Source: Endomicrobiales bacterium (GTDB taxonomy: Bacteria; Elusimicrobiota; Endomicrobiia; Endomicrobiales; JAFGIL01). From it: DNA of 64,000 nt. The stretch lies in contig JAFGIL010000039.1 in NCBI GenBank assembly GCA_016929635.1, positions 3,251-67,250 of the forward strand, given 5' to 3'. Numbering within the stretch: the stretch's first letter is position 1; each line of letters starts with the position of its first letter. A model generated the notes under the pieces. The model was given only the letters and a program-made list of their open reading frames with translations. It was not told the DNA's origin and searched no databases. Below, piece by piece: positions 1 to 10,147 of the stretch. The position numbers and the translations under genes are program-made.

Positions 1-2721
1 GTTGTTTTAAGGCCTGCTTATACGCTCGGCGGAACAGGCGGAGGTATTGCATATAACGTGGAAGAATTAAGGATCATCGTAGCAAGAGGGCTTGCTGCAA
101 GCATGATACACCAGGTACTCGTGGAAGAGTCCGTGCTCGGCTGGGAAGAGCTGGAGCTTGAGGTCGTAAGGGACGCCAAAGGCCAGAAAATCACTGTGTG
201 TTTCATTGAGAACATCGACCCGATGGGAGTGCACACAGGTGACAGTTTCTGCGTTGCGCCAATGCTTACGATTTCCCAGGAGCTTCAGGACAAACTGCAG
301 GAGATGTCTTACAGCATCGTGGACGCAATAGGCGTCGTGGGAGGCACCAACATTCAGTTCGCGCACAACCCCGAAGACGGAAGGATTGTAGTTATAGAAA
401 TCAACCCGAGGACGTCCCGTTCATCAGCATTGGCTTCCAAGGCAACGGGTTTCCCCATAGCGCGCGTATCCGCAAAACTTGCAATAGGTTTGAACCTGGA
501 CGAGCTTCCATACTGGAAGGAAGGGACTCTGGAAAAATACAAACCGAGCGGGGATTACGTGGTGTCGAAATTTGCCAGGTGGGCGTTTGAAAAGTTCCCC
601 GAAGCTGAGGACAGGATAGGCACTCAGATGCAGGCAGTAGGCGAGGTTATGAGCATAGGGAAAGATTTCAAGGAGGCCTTCCAGAAATCCATCCGCTCGC
701 TTGAAATCAAAAGGCACGGGTTGGGCGGGGCAAAAAAATTCTCTCTTTTGACTTTAAACGAGCTGAAAACAAAGCTGGTCAACCCCTCGAGCGAACGGTA
801 TTTCCTTATGTATGAAGCGCTTAGAAAAGGAATAACGGTTGATGAGCTGTTCCAGATGACAAAAGTCAAGCACTGGTTCATAGAACAGATGAAAGAGCTG
901 GTCCTTATCGAAGAAGAACTAAAAACATATAAAGAAAAAAATCTGCCTGATAAGATGCTGATTAAAGCAAAGGAAAACGGTTTCTGCGACAGATACATAG
1001 CGTGGCTGCTTGATAAGCCGGAAACGGAAATCCGCGGCCAGCGTCTTAAACTTAACAAGAAAGAATGTTATGACATAGTCCCGGTAAGCGGGTCAAAAGG
1101 CGAGTACTATTATTCAACATATAAATCCGGAGACAAAGTCGAGGTTTCAGAGAAAAAAAAGGTAATGATTCTGGGCGGCGGGCCGAACAGGATCGGCCAG
1201 GGAATAGAGTTCGATTATACCTGCGTACACGCGGCATTTGCGCTGCGCGAAGAAGGCATAGAATCCGTGATGGTAAACTGCAACCCGGAAACCGTATCTA
1301 CCGATTACGACACTTCGGACAAGCTTTATTTTGAACCTCTTACTGTTGAAGATGTTTTAAGCATCTATGAAAAGGAAAAACCGGAAGGCGTGATTGTACA
1401 GTTCGGCGGGCAAACCCCTTTAAACATTGCGCAGGAGCTTGCGGATGCAGGTTTAAAAATTTTAGGAACAAGCACGGAAAGCATTGCGCTGGCCGAAGAC
1501 AGGGAAAAATTCAGGGAGATAATGACAAAGCTCGGCATACCCCAGCCGGAAAGCGGCACTGCACGCTCGGTGGAGGAAGCCCTTGAGGTAAGCAAGAAAA
1601 TAGGATATCCCCTGATGGTCAGGCCTTCGTTTGTTCTCGGAGGCAGGGGCATGCAGATAGTTTACAACGAGAAGATGCTGCTTGATTACGTGAAACTTGC
1701 AGCGGACGTTTCCCCTGAATACCCTATGCTGATTGATAAATTCCTTGAACAGGCAATCGAAGCCGAAGTGGATGCCATAAGCGACGGCAAGAATGCGGTT
1801 ATCCCTGCCATTATGGAACACATTGAGCTTGCAGGGGTGCATTCCGGAGACTCGGCATGCGTGATACCTGCTCTGAGCATCTCCAAGGAAGCCAAAAAAA
1901 CCATGGAGGAATATTCGATAAAAATCGCAAAAGAGCTTAACGTTGTCGGGCTTATGAATATTCAATATGCGATTGCAAACAACAAGGTGTACATCCTTGA
2001 AGCAAACCCTCGCGCGTCCAGGACAGTTCCCCTTGTCAGCAAGGTCGTAGGAATCTCCATGGCCAAGATAGCAACAAAAATAATGCTCGGGAAAAAACTC
2101 GCAGAAGTTCTTGGTACGTATAACAAAAATATCAAACACGTAGGAGTAAAAGAAGCGGTGTTTCCTTTTAACATGTTCCCTGCGGTTGACCCTGTACTGG
2201 GCCCTGAGATGAAAGCAACCGGTGAAGTTCTGGGTATCGCGCCTTCGTTCGGCATAGCCTTCTATAAAGCCGAGGAAGCTGCGGGAATGAAGCTGCCGAC
2301 AGAGGGAGCCGTGTTTGTTTCAGTAGCCGATAAGGATAAAAAATATATATTGAAAATCGCTAAAAAACTTACTGACCTCGGGTTTAATATTCTTGCCACA
2401 AAAGGAACAAAGGAGTATCTGGAAAACAATAATATAAAAACAGAGCTGACGCTGAAAATGCATGAAGGAAGGCCTTCTATATTCGATGAAATCTTAAACA
2501 GGCGGGTAAGCATGCTTATTAACACGCCCATCGGAGAGGGAGGCAAACACGACGACAGCTATATCAGGAAAGCCGCTATACAGCAGAAAATACCCTATAT
2601 TACTTCCATAGCTGCGGCTGTTGCTGCCGTAAACGGAATCGAAACCATTAAGAACAAGGAAATCGAAGTAAAATCGCTGCAGGAATATAACAGGACTGAA
2701 GAGCTTATAACAGCGAAATAA
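1..2721 (+). CDS. carB: Carbamoyl-phosphate synthase large subunit, paralog 1 (5' end cut by window edge)
   Basis: Frame 1 is open from nt 1 ([19 protein letters not shown]...). Both ATP-grasp halves are present ([22 protein letters not shown]; [18 protein letters not shown]), followed by an MGS-like C-terminus. Confidence 0.9.
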   Translation, partial: VVLRPAYTLGGTGGGIAYNVEELRIIVARGLAASMIHQVLVEESVLGWEELELEVVRDAKGQKITVCFIENIDPMGVHTGDSFCVAPMLTISQELQDKLQEMSYSIVDAIGVVGGTNIQFAHNPEDGRIVVIEINPRTSRSSALASKATGFPIARVSAKLAIGLNLDELPYWKEGTLEKYKPSGDYVVSKFARWAFEKFPEAEDRIGTQMQAVGEVMSIGKDFKEAFQKSIRSLEIKRHGLGGAKKFSLLTLNELKTKLVNPSSERYFLMYEALRKGITVDELFQMTKVKHWFIEQMKELVLIEEELKTYKEKNLPDKMLIKAKENGFCDRYIAWLLDKPETEIRGQRLKLNKKECYDIVPVSGSKGEYYYSTYKSGDKVEVSEKKKVMILGGGPNRIGQGIEFDYTCVHAAFALREEGIESVMVNCNPETVSTDYDTSDKLYFEPLTVEDVLSIYEKEKPEGVIVQFGGQTPLNIAQELADAGLKILGTSTESIALAEDREKFREIMTKLGIPQPESGTARSVEEALEVSKKIGYPLMVRPSFVLGGRGMQIVYNEKMLLDYVKLAADVSPEYPMLIDKFLEQAIEAEVDAISDGKNAVIPAIMEHIELAGVHSGDSACVIPALSISKEAKKTMEEYSIKIAKELNVVGLMNIQYAIANNKVYILEANPRASRTVPLVSKVVGISMAKIATKIMLGKKLAEVLGTYNKNIKHVGVKEAVFPFNMFPAVDPVLGPEMKATGEVLGIAPSFGIAFYKAEEAAGMKLPTEGAVFVSVADKDKKYILKIAKKLTDLGFNILATKGTKEYLENNNIKTELTLKMHEGRPSIFDEILNRRVSMLINTPIGEGGKHDDSYIRKAAIQQKIPYITSIAAAVAAVNGIETIKNKEIEVKSLQEYNRTEELITAK

Positions 2722-2828
2722 GATTGCCTCGTCATCCCGCTGCGCGGGATTCCCCGCCTGCCCTACAGCAGGCGGGCAAAGACACTACGTCATTGCGAGC
2801 CGCATTAGGCAGAGAAGCAATCTCGCAG
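2722..2828. repeat. GC-rich cluster of three short hairpins; shares the acgtcattgcgag / gaagcaatct words with the element at 58555..58651
   Basis: Hairpins atcccgc-tgc-gcgggat and ccgcctgc...gcaggcgg. The 13-mer acgtcattgcgag (2787..2799) and 10-mer gaagcaatct (2814..2823) recur at 58555..58567 and 58580..58589. Confidence 0.6.
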
Positions 2829-2829
2829 T

Positions 2830-2858
2830 TTGACAATCTGATATAATTGTGGTATATT
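2830..2858 (+). promoter_or_regulatory. Sigma70-like promoter candidate (TTGACA-N17-TATATT)
   Basis: TTGACA at 2830..2835, a 17-nt spacer, then TATATT at 2853..2858, in the carB1-carB2 spacer. Confidence 0.3.
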
Positions 2859-2900
2859 AATTGCTAATTATAACGAAGACAAAGGGGTCTTCATATTACT

Positions 2901-2937
2901 GGCACCGACGTCAGCTCTGGAGTGGTGCCTTTTTTTT
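2901..2937 (+). terminator. Rho-independent terminator-like hairpin (carB1 terminator or carB2 attenuator)
   Basis: GGCACC (2901..2906) pairs with GGTGCC (2924..2929) and is followed by a run of 8 T (2930..2937). Confidence 0.55.
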
Positions 2938-2939
2938 AT

Positions 2940-3009
2940 GTAGTGTAGCCCCTTATGGGCGTAAAAATATTGAAAATTAATTGTTGCGGGCATAAAGCCC
3001 TACACTACA
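2940..3009. repeat. GTAGTGTAG...CTACACTAC structured element, short copy
   Basis: A 9-bp outer stem gtagtgtag/ctacactac encloses small gccc/gggc hairpins. The 5' half (gtagtgtagccc-tt-tgg-cgtaaaaatat) is nearly identical to 26910..26940. Confidence 0.6.
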
Positions 3010-3044
3010 AAACTATTAACGAATATTAACTAAGGAGTTATACC

Positions 3045-6000
3045 TTGCCCAAAAGGACTGACATACACAAAATATTAATAATCGGCTCAGGGCCTATCGT
3101 AATAAGCCAGGCGTGCGAGTTTGACTATTCGGGAACCCAGGCATGCAAAGCGCTTAGGGAAGAAGGTTTTAAAGTCGTGCTAATCAATTCTAACCCCGCC
3201 ACTATCATGACTGACCCGGAAATGGCAGACGCTACCTACATAGAACCAATCACCCCAGAGTTCCTGGAAAAAATAATCGAAAAAGAAAGGCCGGACGCGA
3301 TTCTTCCCACCCTCGGAGGACAGACAGGGCTTAACACGGCAATGAAAATCGTTGAAAACGGCGTGCTCGAAAAATACAACGTGAAGATGATAGGAGCCGA
3401 CTATAACGCAATAAAAAAAGCCGAAGACAGGGAACACTTTAAAAAAGCCATGCAGAAAATAGGGCTTGACCTTCCTAAAAGCGCCCTCGCTTACAACATG
3501 GAAGAAGCAAAACAGGCTTTGAAAAAAATAGGGCTGCCCGTAATCATAAGGCCCAGCTTTACTCTGGGCGGGACCGGCGGAGGAATAGCGACAACTCAGG
3601 AAGAGTTTGAAAGAATCGCAGACCTCGGATTAAAGAACAGCATGATAAACGAAATACTGGTGGAAGAAAGCGTGCTGGGATGGAAAGAGTTCGAAATGGA
3701 AGTAATGCGGGATAAAAACGACAACTGCGTAATAATATGCTCCATTGAAAACTTCGACCCTATGGGTATTCATACGGGCGACTCGATAACCGTAGCGCCC
3801 GCGCAGACACTGACCGACAGGGAATACCAGAAAATGAGGGATGCGTCAATTGCAATATTAAGGGAGATCGGAGTTGAAACCGGCGGCTCTAACGTCCAGT
3901 TTGCGATAAATCCCAAAGACGGCAGAATGGTCGTAATCGAGATGAACCCGCGTGTATCCAGAAGCTCTGCGCTTGCAAGCAAGGCAACGGGTTTTCCCAT
4001 AGCGAAGTTTGCGGCAAAACTTGCTGTCGGGTACACTCTTGATGAGATAAGAAACGACATAACCAAAGAAACCCCGGCCTCTTTCGAGCCGATGATAGAT
4101 TACTGCGTAGTCAAAATACCCAGGTTCACGTTCGAAAAATTTCCCGAAGCAGAGGACGTACTCGGTATATCAATGAAATCCGTGGGCGAAACAATGGCAA
4201 TAGGAAGGACTTTCAAGGAAGCCCTTCAAAAAGGATTAAGAGGGCTTGAAATCGGGCACTCGGGGCTGGACAACAAATTGAAGTTTACCCATATCTCGGA
4301 TGAAAAAATCAGGCACAGGCTGCAGGTGCCGAATGCTTCCAGGATATTCTACATAAAATATGCCCTGCAAAAGGGGTACAGCGTCAATGAAATAGTAGAG
4401 CTTACGGGAATAGACCCGTGGTTCATACACAATATGAAAGAAATCGTGGACCTGGAAAACGAAATAATAGACAGCAGAGAAAAAATGCTTTCTAAAACCT
4501 CAAAAAGGCAACATAGCAAATCCCAGACATATCATATACCGTTTGAATTAATGAAGAAGGCAAAACAGTACGGTTTCAGCGACAAGCAGCTTGCTCATCT
4601 GCTTAATTCCACCGAGCTGCATATAAGAAAACTAAGAAAAAAGCACGGAATAAAGGCAACCTTTAAACTAGTGGACACGTGCGCTGCCGAATTCGAGGCG
4701 TATACCCCCTATTATTACTCGACTTACGAGGAAGAGGACGAGGCAAGGGTATCCAGGAAGAAAAAAATAATGATTCTTGGCGGCGGGCCGAACAGGATCG
4801 GCCAGGGAATAGAGTTCGATTACTGCTGCTGCCATGCTTCGTTTGCCTTAAGGGAGCTCGGCTTTGAGACCATAATGGTTAACTCAAACCCCGAGACGGT
4901 CTCTACGGATTATGACACGTCTGATAAGCTTTATTTCGAACCCCTGACGTTCGAAGACGTGATGAATATAATCGACAGGGAAAAACCGCACGGGATAATA
5001 GTCCAGTTCGGGGGCCAGACTCCGCTTAACCTTGCAAGGCAGCTGGAAGATGCGGGAGCGCCCATTATAGGAACCAGCGTTGAATCCATAGACGTAGCCG
5101 AAAACAGGGAAAAATTCGCCAGGGTTTTAAAGAAGCTTAAAATCAACCAGCCGCCAAACGGCTCAACAAACTCCAGAAGCGAGGCAATAAAAATCGCAAG
5201 AAGCATCGGTTACCCGGTTCTGGTCAGGCCTTCTTACGTCCTGGGCGGCAGAGCGATGAGGATTGTGTATGACGAAACAGCGCTGCAGGAATTCATATGG
5301 GAAGCAAAAGAAATTTCACCCGAGCACCCGATTTTAATCGATAAGTTCCTGGAAGATGCCGCGGAAGTCGACGTGGATGCAATATCAGACGGCAAGAAAA
5401 CCGTAATCGGCGGAATTATGGAGCATATAGAGGAAGCAGGAGTGCATTCCGGAGACTCGGCGTGCGTGCTTCCCCCTCATACGCTGACCGATGAGATAAT
5501 CGATGTAATAAAAAAACAAACGTATGCGATATCAAAGGAATTGCAAGTAAAAGGCCTGATCAATATACAGTTTGCGGTAAAAAGCGACAAGGTATATATT
5601 CTTGAAGTGAATCCAAGGGCATCAAGGACGGTTCCCTTTGTAAGCAAATCAACAGGAGTACCCCTTGCAAAAATCGCGGCAAAGGTAATGGTCGGGAAAA
5701 AACTCCCGGAGCTGGGCATAATCAGGGAAAAACAGGTCGGGCATATATCGGTAAAGGAATCCGTGCTTCCTTTTTCAAGGTTTTCCGGTGTTGATATACT
5801 TCTGGGCCCTGAGATGAAATCAACCGGCGAAGTGATGGGAATAGACAGGACATTCGGGACATCCTTTTATAAATCCCAGTTGGCATCAGGACAGGTTCTT
5901 CCCAAAAAAGGCAGGGTTTTCCTGAGCGTTAAAAGCGACCATAAAAGAAACATAGTGTTTATTGCAAAAAAACTGTATGACATGGGTTTTAAAATAACCG

Positions 6001-6302
6001 CAACGGAAGGCACTCACAAGGTGCTTAAATCCAACAATATCCCTGCGGAAATAGTGGGCAAGATAGGAGAGGGAAGCACCAAAATTCTTGATCTTATCAA
6101 AAGTGACAAAATCAATCTTATAATAAATATCCCTTCAGGACGCGGCGGAAGGCATGACATGAAGCCCATGAGGAACCTTGCTGTCCTGCATGGCGTTCCG
6201 TGCATAACGACTATCCAGGGCGCGCAGGCAGTCGTCAACGGGATGGAGTCCGTATTAAAAGAGAGTTTTTCGGTTAAGTCGATACAGGAATACATAAAAT
6301 AA
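3045..6302 (+). CDS. carB: Carbamoyl-phosphate synthase large subunit, paralog 2 (full length, TTG start)
   Basis: Canonical N-terminus [31 protein letters not shown] Shine-Dalgarno (SD) sequence, taaggag, lies upstream of the TTG. 1085 aa with both ATP-grasp halves. Confidence 0.95.
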   Translation: MPKRTDIHKILIIGSGPIVISQACEFDYSGTQACKALREEGFKVVLINSNPATIMTDPEMADATYIEPITPEFLEKIIEKERPDAILPTLGGQTGLNTAMKIVENGVLEKYNVKMIGADYNAIKKAEDREHFKKAMQKIGLDLPKSALAYNMEEAKQALKKIGLPVIIRPSFTLGGTGGGIATTQEEFERIADLGLKNSMINEILVEESVLGWKEFEMEVMRDKNDNCVIICSIENFDPMGIHTGDSITVAPAQTLTDREYQKMRDASIAILREIGVETGGSNVQFAINPKDGRMVVIEMNPRVSRSSALASKATGFPIAKFAAKLAVGYTLDEIRNDITKETPASFEPMIDYCVVKIPRFTFEKFPEAEDVLGISMKSVGETMAIGRTFKEALQKGLRGLEIGHSGLDNKLKFTHISDEKIRHRLQVPNASRIFYIKYALQKGYSVNEIVELTGIDPWFIHNMKEIVDLENEIIDSREKMLSKTSKRQHSKSQTYHIPFELMKKAKQYGFSDKQLAHLLNSTELHIRKLRKKHGIKATFKLVDTCAAEFEAYTPYYYSTYEEEDEARVSRKKKIMILGGGPNRIGQGIEFDYCCCHASFALRELGFETIMVNSNPETVSTDYDTSDKLYFEPLTFEDVMNIIDREKPHGIIVQFGGQTPLNLARQLEDAGAPIIGTSVESIDVAENREKFARVLKKLKINQPPNGSTNSRSEAIKIARSIGYPVLVRPSYVLGGRAMRIVYDETALQEFIWEAKEISPEHPILIDKFLEDAAEVDVDAISDGKKTVIGGIMEHIEEAGVHSGDSACVLPPHTLTDEIIDVIKKQTYAISKELQVKGLINIQFAVKSDKVYILEVNPRASRTVPFVSKSTGVPLAKIAAKVMVGKKLPELGIIREKQVGHISVKESVLPFSRFSGVDILLGPEMKSTGEVMGIDRTFGTSFYKSQLASGQVLPKKGRVFLSVKSDHKRNIVFIAKKLYDMGFKITATEGTHKVLKSNNIPAEIVGKIGEGSTKILDLIKSDKINLIINIPSGRGGRHDMKPMRNLAVLHGVPCITTIQGAQAVVNGMESVLKESFSVKSIQEYIK

Positions 6303-6420
6303 TTCAAAAATTAAAATTAAAAATGTAAAATTACGGTATCCCTCCTTGGCGGGATTATTTAAATAAGAAACCGCAGGCGACACATTAACTTTGATTTTTG
6401 CATTTTGATTTTTGAATTTT
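6301..6420. repeat. Long imperfect hairpin built from A-rich/T-rich heptamer words, with a central GC mini-hairpin
   Basis: The left arm aattcaaaaattaaaattaaaaatgtaaaatta is approximately the reverse complement of the right arm ttaactttgatttttgcattttgatttttgaatt. The centre carries atccc...gggat. It lies between the carB2 stop and the pyrG SD. Confidence 0.55.
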
Positions 6421-6432
6421 ATAAGAGGTATT

Positions 6433-8010
6433 ATGGCTAAATACATTTTTATTACAGGCGGGGTTGTTTCTTCTCTGGGAAAAGGCATTACCGCAGCATC
6501 TGTCGGAGCAATCCTTAAAAGCTGCGGATTAAAAGTCACTGTAATCAAGATTGACCCCTACCTTAACGTTGACCCCGGAACTATGAGCCCTTTCCAGCAC
6601 GGCGAGGTATTTGTAACCGATGACGGGGCCGAAACAGACCTGGATTTAGGGCATTATGAAAGGTTCATGGACATAAGCGTAACAAAAGACTGCAACTTCA
6701 CATCCGGAAGCGTCTATGACTCCATCATAACAAAAGAGCGCAAAGGCGAATTTCTCGGTGGGACCGTCCAGGTGATACCCCACGTTACAAACGAAATAAA
6801 ATCCAGGATAAAGAAACTGGACTCTAAAAACGACGTCGTGATTGTAGAAATCGGCGGCACAACCGGAGACATCGAAGGCCTGCCTTTTCTTGAAGCGATA
6901 CGACAGCTGAAACAGGAGATGGGGCCGCGCAATACGTGTTCGGTACATGTCACGCTTATCCCGTACATCCGTGCTGCCGCAGAGATGAAAACAAAACCCA
7001 CCCAGCAGAGCGTTGCAAAGCTGAGAGAGATAGGAATCCAGCCGGATATAATCGTATGCAGGACGGAGAAGCCCCTGAACTACGACCTTAAGAGAAAAAT
7101 CGCCCTTTTCTGCAACGTCAGGGAGGAAGCGGTAATAGAAGAAAAGGACGTGGATTACACCATTTACGAAGTACCCCTGGTCCTGAAAGAACAGAGGATG
7201 GATAAGCTTATAATGGACATACTTGATTTAAAAAAGAGGTCAAGCAATTTGAAGGTGTGGAGCGACCTGCTTGACAGGATAAAAAATCCGAAAGGAAGCG
7301 TAAACATTGCAATCGCGGGAAAATACACTGAGCTTAAGGATTCATACAAAAGCATCTGGGAAGCCCTGGAACACGCGGCTATCGCAAACAACGTGGAGAT
7401 AGACATTAAATATATAGACGTTGAAAAAAGGAATTTTAAGCAGGTATTGAGGGATATTGACGGCATTCTTGTGCCGGGCGGTTTCGGGGACAGGGGAATA
7501 GAGGAAAAGATCGAAGTTGTACATTTCGCAAGGGAAAACAGAATACCGTTTCTCGGTTTATGCCTCGGAATGCAGTGCGCTGTAATCGAGTTTGCAAGAA
7601 ACGTGTGCGGATTAAAAAATGCCAACAGCACAGAGTTTAACTCCAAAACGCCTTACCCGGTAATTGACCTGATGCTTGAACAGAAAAAAGTTACCAAAAT
7701 GGGCGGAACCATGAGGCTGGGCAAGTATCCATGCAAGCTGAAAAAGAACTCCCTGGCGCATAAAGCCTATAAAAAGGACTTGATTTATGAAAGGCACAGG
7801 CACAGGTATGAGTTCAACAATAAATACAGAAAGAAACTGGAAAAGACGGGGCTTAATATTACTGGAGTATATCAGAAAGGGAATCTTGTTGAGATAATAG
7901 AGCTGAAAAATCACCCGTGGTTTCTTGCAGTGCAGTTCCACCCGGAATTCAAGTCCAGGCCCAACAAAGCCCATCCATTATTCAAAGAGTTCATCAAAGC
8001 TTCCAAGTAA
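6433..8010 (+). CDS. pyrG: CTP synthase
   Basis: [20 protein letters not shown]-terminus and a glutamine amidotransferase C-terminus (GLCLGMQ, HRHRYE). The start is moved to the ATG at 6433, which follows aagagg. Confidence 0.95.
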   Translation: MAKYIFITGGVVSSLGKGITAASVGAILKSCGLKVTVIKIDPYLNVDPGTMSPFQHGEVFVTDDGAETDLDLGHYERFMDISVTKDCNFTSGSVYDSIITKERKGEFLGGTVQVIPHVTNEIKSRIKKLDSKNDVVIVEIGGTTGDIEGLPFLEAIRQLKQEMGPRNTCSVHVTLIPYIRAAAEMKTKPTQQSVAKLREIGIQPDIIVCRTEKPLNYDLKRKIALFCNVREEAVIEEKDVDYTIYEVPLVLKEQRMDKLIMDILDLKKRSSNLKVWSDLLDRIKNPKGSVNIAIAGKYTELKDSYKSIWEALEHAAIANNVEIDIKYIDVEKRNFKQVLRDIDGILVPGGFGDRGIEEKIEVVHFARENRIPFLGLCLGMQCAVIEFARNVCGLKNANSTEFNSKTPYPVIDLMLEQKKVTKMGGTMRLGKYPCKLKKNSLAHKAYKKDLIYERHRHRYEFNNKYRKKLEKTGLNITGVYQKGNLVEIIELKNHPWFLAVQFHPEFKSRPNKAHPLFKEFIKASK

Positions 8011-8015
8011 AAAGA

Positions 8016-8070
8016 GGGACAGACACCATTTTTTATGTGTAAAAAATGGTGTCTGTCCCCTTTTTTCTTT
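8016..8070. terminator. Bidirectional intrinsic terminator between convergent pyrG and the V-ATPase operon
   Basis: Perfect 19-bp stem GGGACAGACACCATTTTTT (8016..8034) / AAAAAATGGTGTCTGTCCC (8041..8059) with a 6-nt loop. T-rich tracts follow the hairpin in both reading directions. Confidence 0.8.
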
Positions 8071-8071
8071 T

Positions 8072-9067
8072 TTAGCTTTCCTCGTCTATCATCTGGTCGT
8101 AGAACTCCAGGTAGTTGTTCTTTTTATCTCCCGAACGCAGCTTTATTGCTTCCCTGGGATGCATGTTTAACTGCCCGGTTATCATATAAGGAAGGCTGTA
8201 GCCCCAATCCAGCTTTTCCCTGAGAGGGAGAAAGTATTTCTCTACACATTCGATAACAGGCCTTAACTTGAAACGCGGGTTCTTAAGGAAACCTATTAAT
8301 AACTCCATAGGACAGTTCCCTGCGCCGCGCCCCATACCTTTTATGGTAACATCCAGCCGTGTTGCACCGACAATCAGAGCTTCAATGACGTTTGCATATG
8401 CCAGCTGCTGGTTATTATGCGTATGAACACCCACTTCCTTGCCGGTTCCTTTTAAAATATCAAGGAATTTTTTTGTCAGGTCCCTGATTTGCTCGGAATA
8501 AAGGGCTCCAAAGCTGTCAACGAGGTAAACAGCGCTGACAGGAGTCTGGGCCAGCACCTTTAATGCATCCTCCAGCTCGCGGTCCTTTACAACGGAGATT
8601 GCCATAAGCTGCATGATCGTTTCATAACCTTTATCATGCGCGTCTTTAATCATATCTATGGCAGTAGGTATCTGATGTATATATGCCGCAACCCTTATGG
8701 CGTCGAGTACGCTTTTTTCCTTAGGAAGTATGTCAGTATGATAATCCGTCCTTTCCGCATCCGCCATAGCACTCAGTTTAAGAGACGTTTTATTCTCGCC
8801 TACTATCTTCCTGATATCATCTTCGTCACAGAACTTCCATTTGCCGAATTTATCCGGGGAAAATATCTTTTTTGAAGCCTTATACCCCAGTTCCATGTAA
8901 TTAATACCTGCAGCGACACAGGTTTCATACACGGCTTTTACCAGCTGATCATCAAACTTATGGTCGTTTATGAGGCCTCCGTCCCTGATAGTACAATCCA
9001 GCAACTTGATTTCAGGCCTGTATGTAACCCATGAATCCACCTTCTGTTGTTGTTTCTCCTGAGTCAT
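8072..9067 (-). CDS. HMGL-like / pyruvate carboxyltransferase-fold (DRE-TIM) aldolase family protein
   Basis: LLDCTIRDGG near the N-terminus and a VGVHTHNN metal-ligand motif. A GGAGG SD is present. It is the last gene before the terminator. Confidence 0.6.
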   Translation of the reverse strand: MTQEKQQQKVDSWVTYRPEIKLLDCTIRDGGLINDHKFDDQLVKAVYETCVAAGINYMELGYKASKKIFSPDKFGKWKFCDEDDIRKIVGENKTSLKLSAMADAERTDYHTDILPKEKSVLDAIRVAAYIHQIPTAIDMIKDAHDKGYETIMQLMAISVVKDRELEDALKVLAQTPVSAVYLVDSFGALYSEQIRDLTKKFLDILKGTGKEVGVHTHNNQQLAYANVIEALIVGATRLDVTIKGMGRGAGNCPMELLIGFLKNPRFKLRPVIECVEKYFLPLREKLDWGYSLPYMITGQLNMHPREAIKLRSGDKKNNYLEFYDQMIDEES

Positions 9068-9098
9068 CTAAAATCTACCTCCGTTTCTTTATCCCGTC

Positions 9099-9683
9099 TT
9101 ACCAGGTAACAATATATATGCAGGAATCATCCGCATTTTTCCTGCAGGCTTTTTCTTTTTCCTCTTTCAAATTGATGTTCATTGAATCCTTCGGTTTGAA
9201 TTTTTTTGCAACAGCCAGAATAATCCCCTTATCGAAATCGCAGGGGTACGGATTGTTGCATGTCATTGTAACTTCTTTGTCCCCTGTTTTCTTAAACCCG
9301 TAATGCCCTATGCCTTCCTCCATCGAACCGTTTACAGGATTAAACAAGACCTTACCGCTGACCCTGTGGTTCATGTGATATGCAACGTCAATGGAAGCCA
9401 GGGCATCCTCAATAGTCTTAACCTGAGGCGGCCAGTCGGCATTCTCTGGAATTTTCGAGCCTATCTGCTGGAGCGTGTACGGCCCCAGCCTCTCTGCTAT
9501 CGTTTTAAATGAATCCAGCCATGCCTGCTGGGAATACCACCTTAAAGGCTGTGGGTCGTCTATCCCGTTACTTTTAAGGATGTCCAAAGCCAGCTGTTTG
9601 AACTCGCCCATACCCTGTACTACCGAAAGAATCGTCTGACCGTTTACTTCAACTCCGGATGTAAAAGCAATAAACTGTGCCAT
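9099..9683 (-). CDS. Hypothetical protein (194 aa), co-oriented with and tightly linked to the V-ATPase genes
   Basis: A clean ORF with an AAGGAGG SD 23 nt after the atpK stop. I recognise no family. Confidence 0.5.
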   Translation of the reverse strand: MAQFIAFTSGVEVNGQTILSVVQGMGEFKQLALDILKSNGIDDPQPLRWYSQQAWLDSFKTIAERLGPYTLQQIGSKIPENADWPPQVKTIEDALASIDVAYHMNHRVSGKVLFNPVNGSMEEGIGHYGFKKTGDKEVTMTCNNPYPCDFDKGIILAVAKKFKPKDSMNINLKEEKEKACRKNADDSCIYIVTW

Positions 9684-9706
9684 AATAATCCTCCTTTTCT
9701 AATTAA

Positions 9707-10147
9707 TTATCCCTTTGGTATTGCTGTAAGAAGAAAAACCATCACGAACAAAGCAACGGTTTCAATAACACCTAATACCATTATGTAGTTACCAAACCCT
9801 TTTCCTGTTTCGCTGAACGCATCGCACGCCTTTGCGCCCGCGCAGCCCTGCATCCATGCGGATACACCCATGGCTATGCCTCCGAAAAGGCCCAGCAGTG
9901 CCTGCTGCAGCCATGCTTCAGGCGGCATGTTAGCGTTTCTTATTGCATTGCGCAGTATCATACCATAAATAGTCTGAGACAAAGGAGCGCCGACAAACGC
10001 GATTATTATAAAAGCAGCTGCTTTATTCTGTATAAAAGCTTTTTTCCAGGCCCCGATAGCTGACATGCCTGCGGCTCCTGCTCCAAGCCCTGATCCGACA
10101 GCAGCCAGAGACAACGAAAGCCCTAAATCTCCTAATCCACTAATCAT
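9707..10147 (-). CDS. ntpK: V-type ATPase proteolipid subunit K (c-ring)
   Basis: 146 aa, Gly/Ala-rich, four predicted helices. The carboxylate sits in the last helix (GVIETVALF). Motifs align to Enterococcus hirae NtpK. Confidence 0.85.
   Translation of the reverse strand: MISGLGDLGLSLSLAAVGSGLGAGAAGMSAIGAWKKAFIQNKAAAFIIIAFVGAPLSQTIYGMILRNAIRNANMPPEAWLQQALLGLFGGIAMGVSAWMQGCAGAKACDAFSETGKGFGNYIMVLGVIETVALFVMVFLLTAIPKG

Noticed and set aside
1-6302. The carB duplication considered as an assembly artefact (a collapsed or duplicated contig region).
   Set aside because: The two copies are strongly diverged at both protein and DNA level outside one 44-nt tract. Each also has its own distinct flanking sequence. 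This is inconsistent with an assembly duplicate.
7925-8223. Two plus-strand ORFs (81 and 62 aa) crossing the pyrG terminator.
   Set aside because: They run through the 19-bp terminator hairpin and lie antisense to the aldolase-like gene. They show no SD and no recognisable motif.
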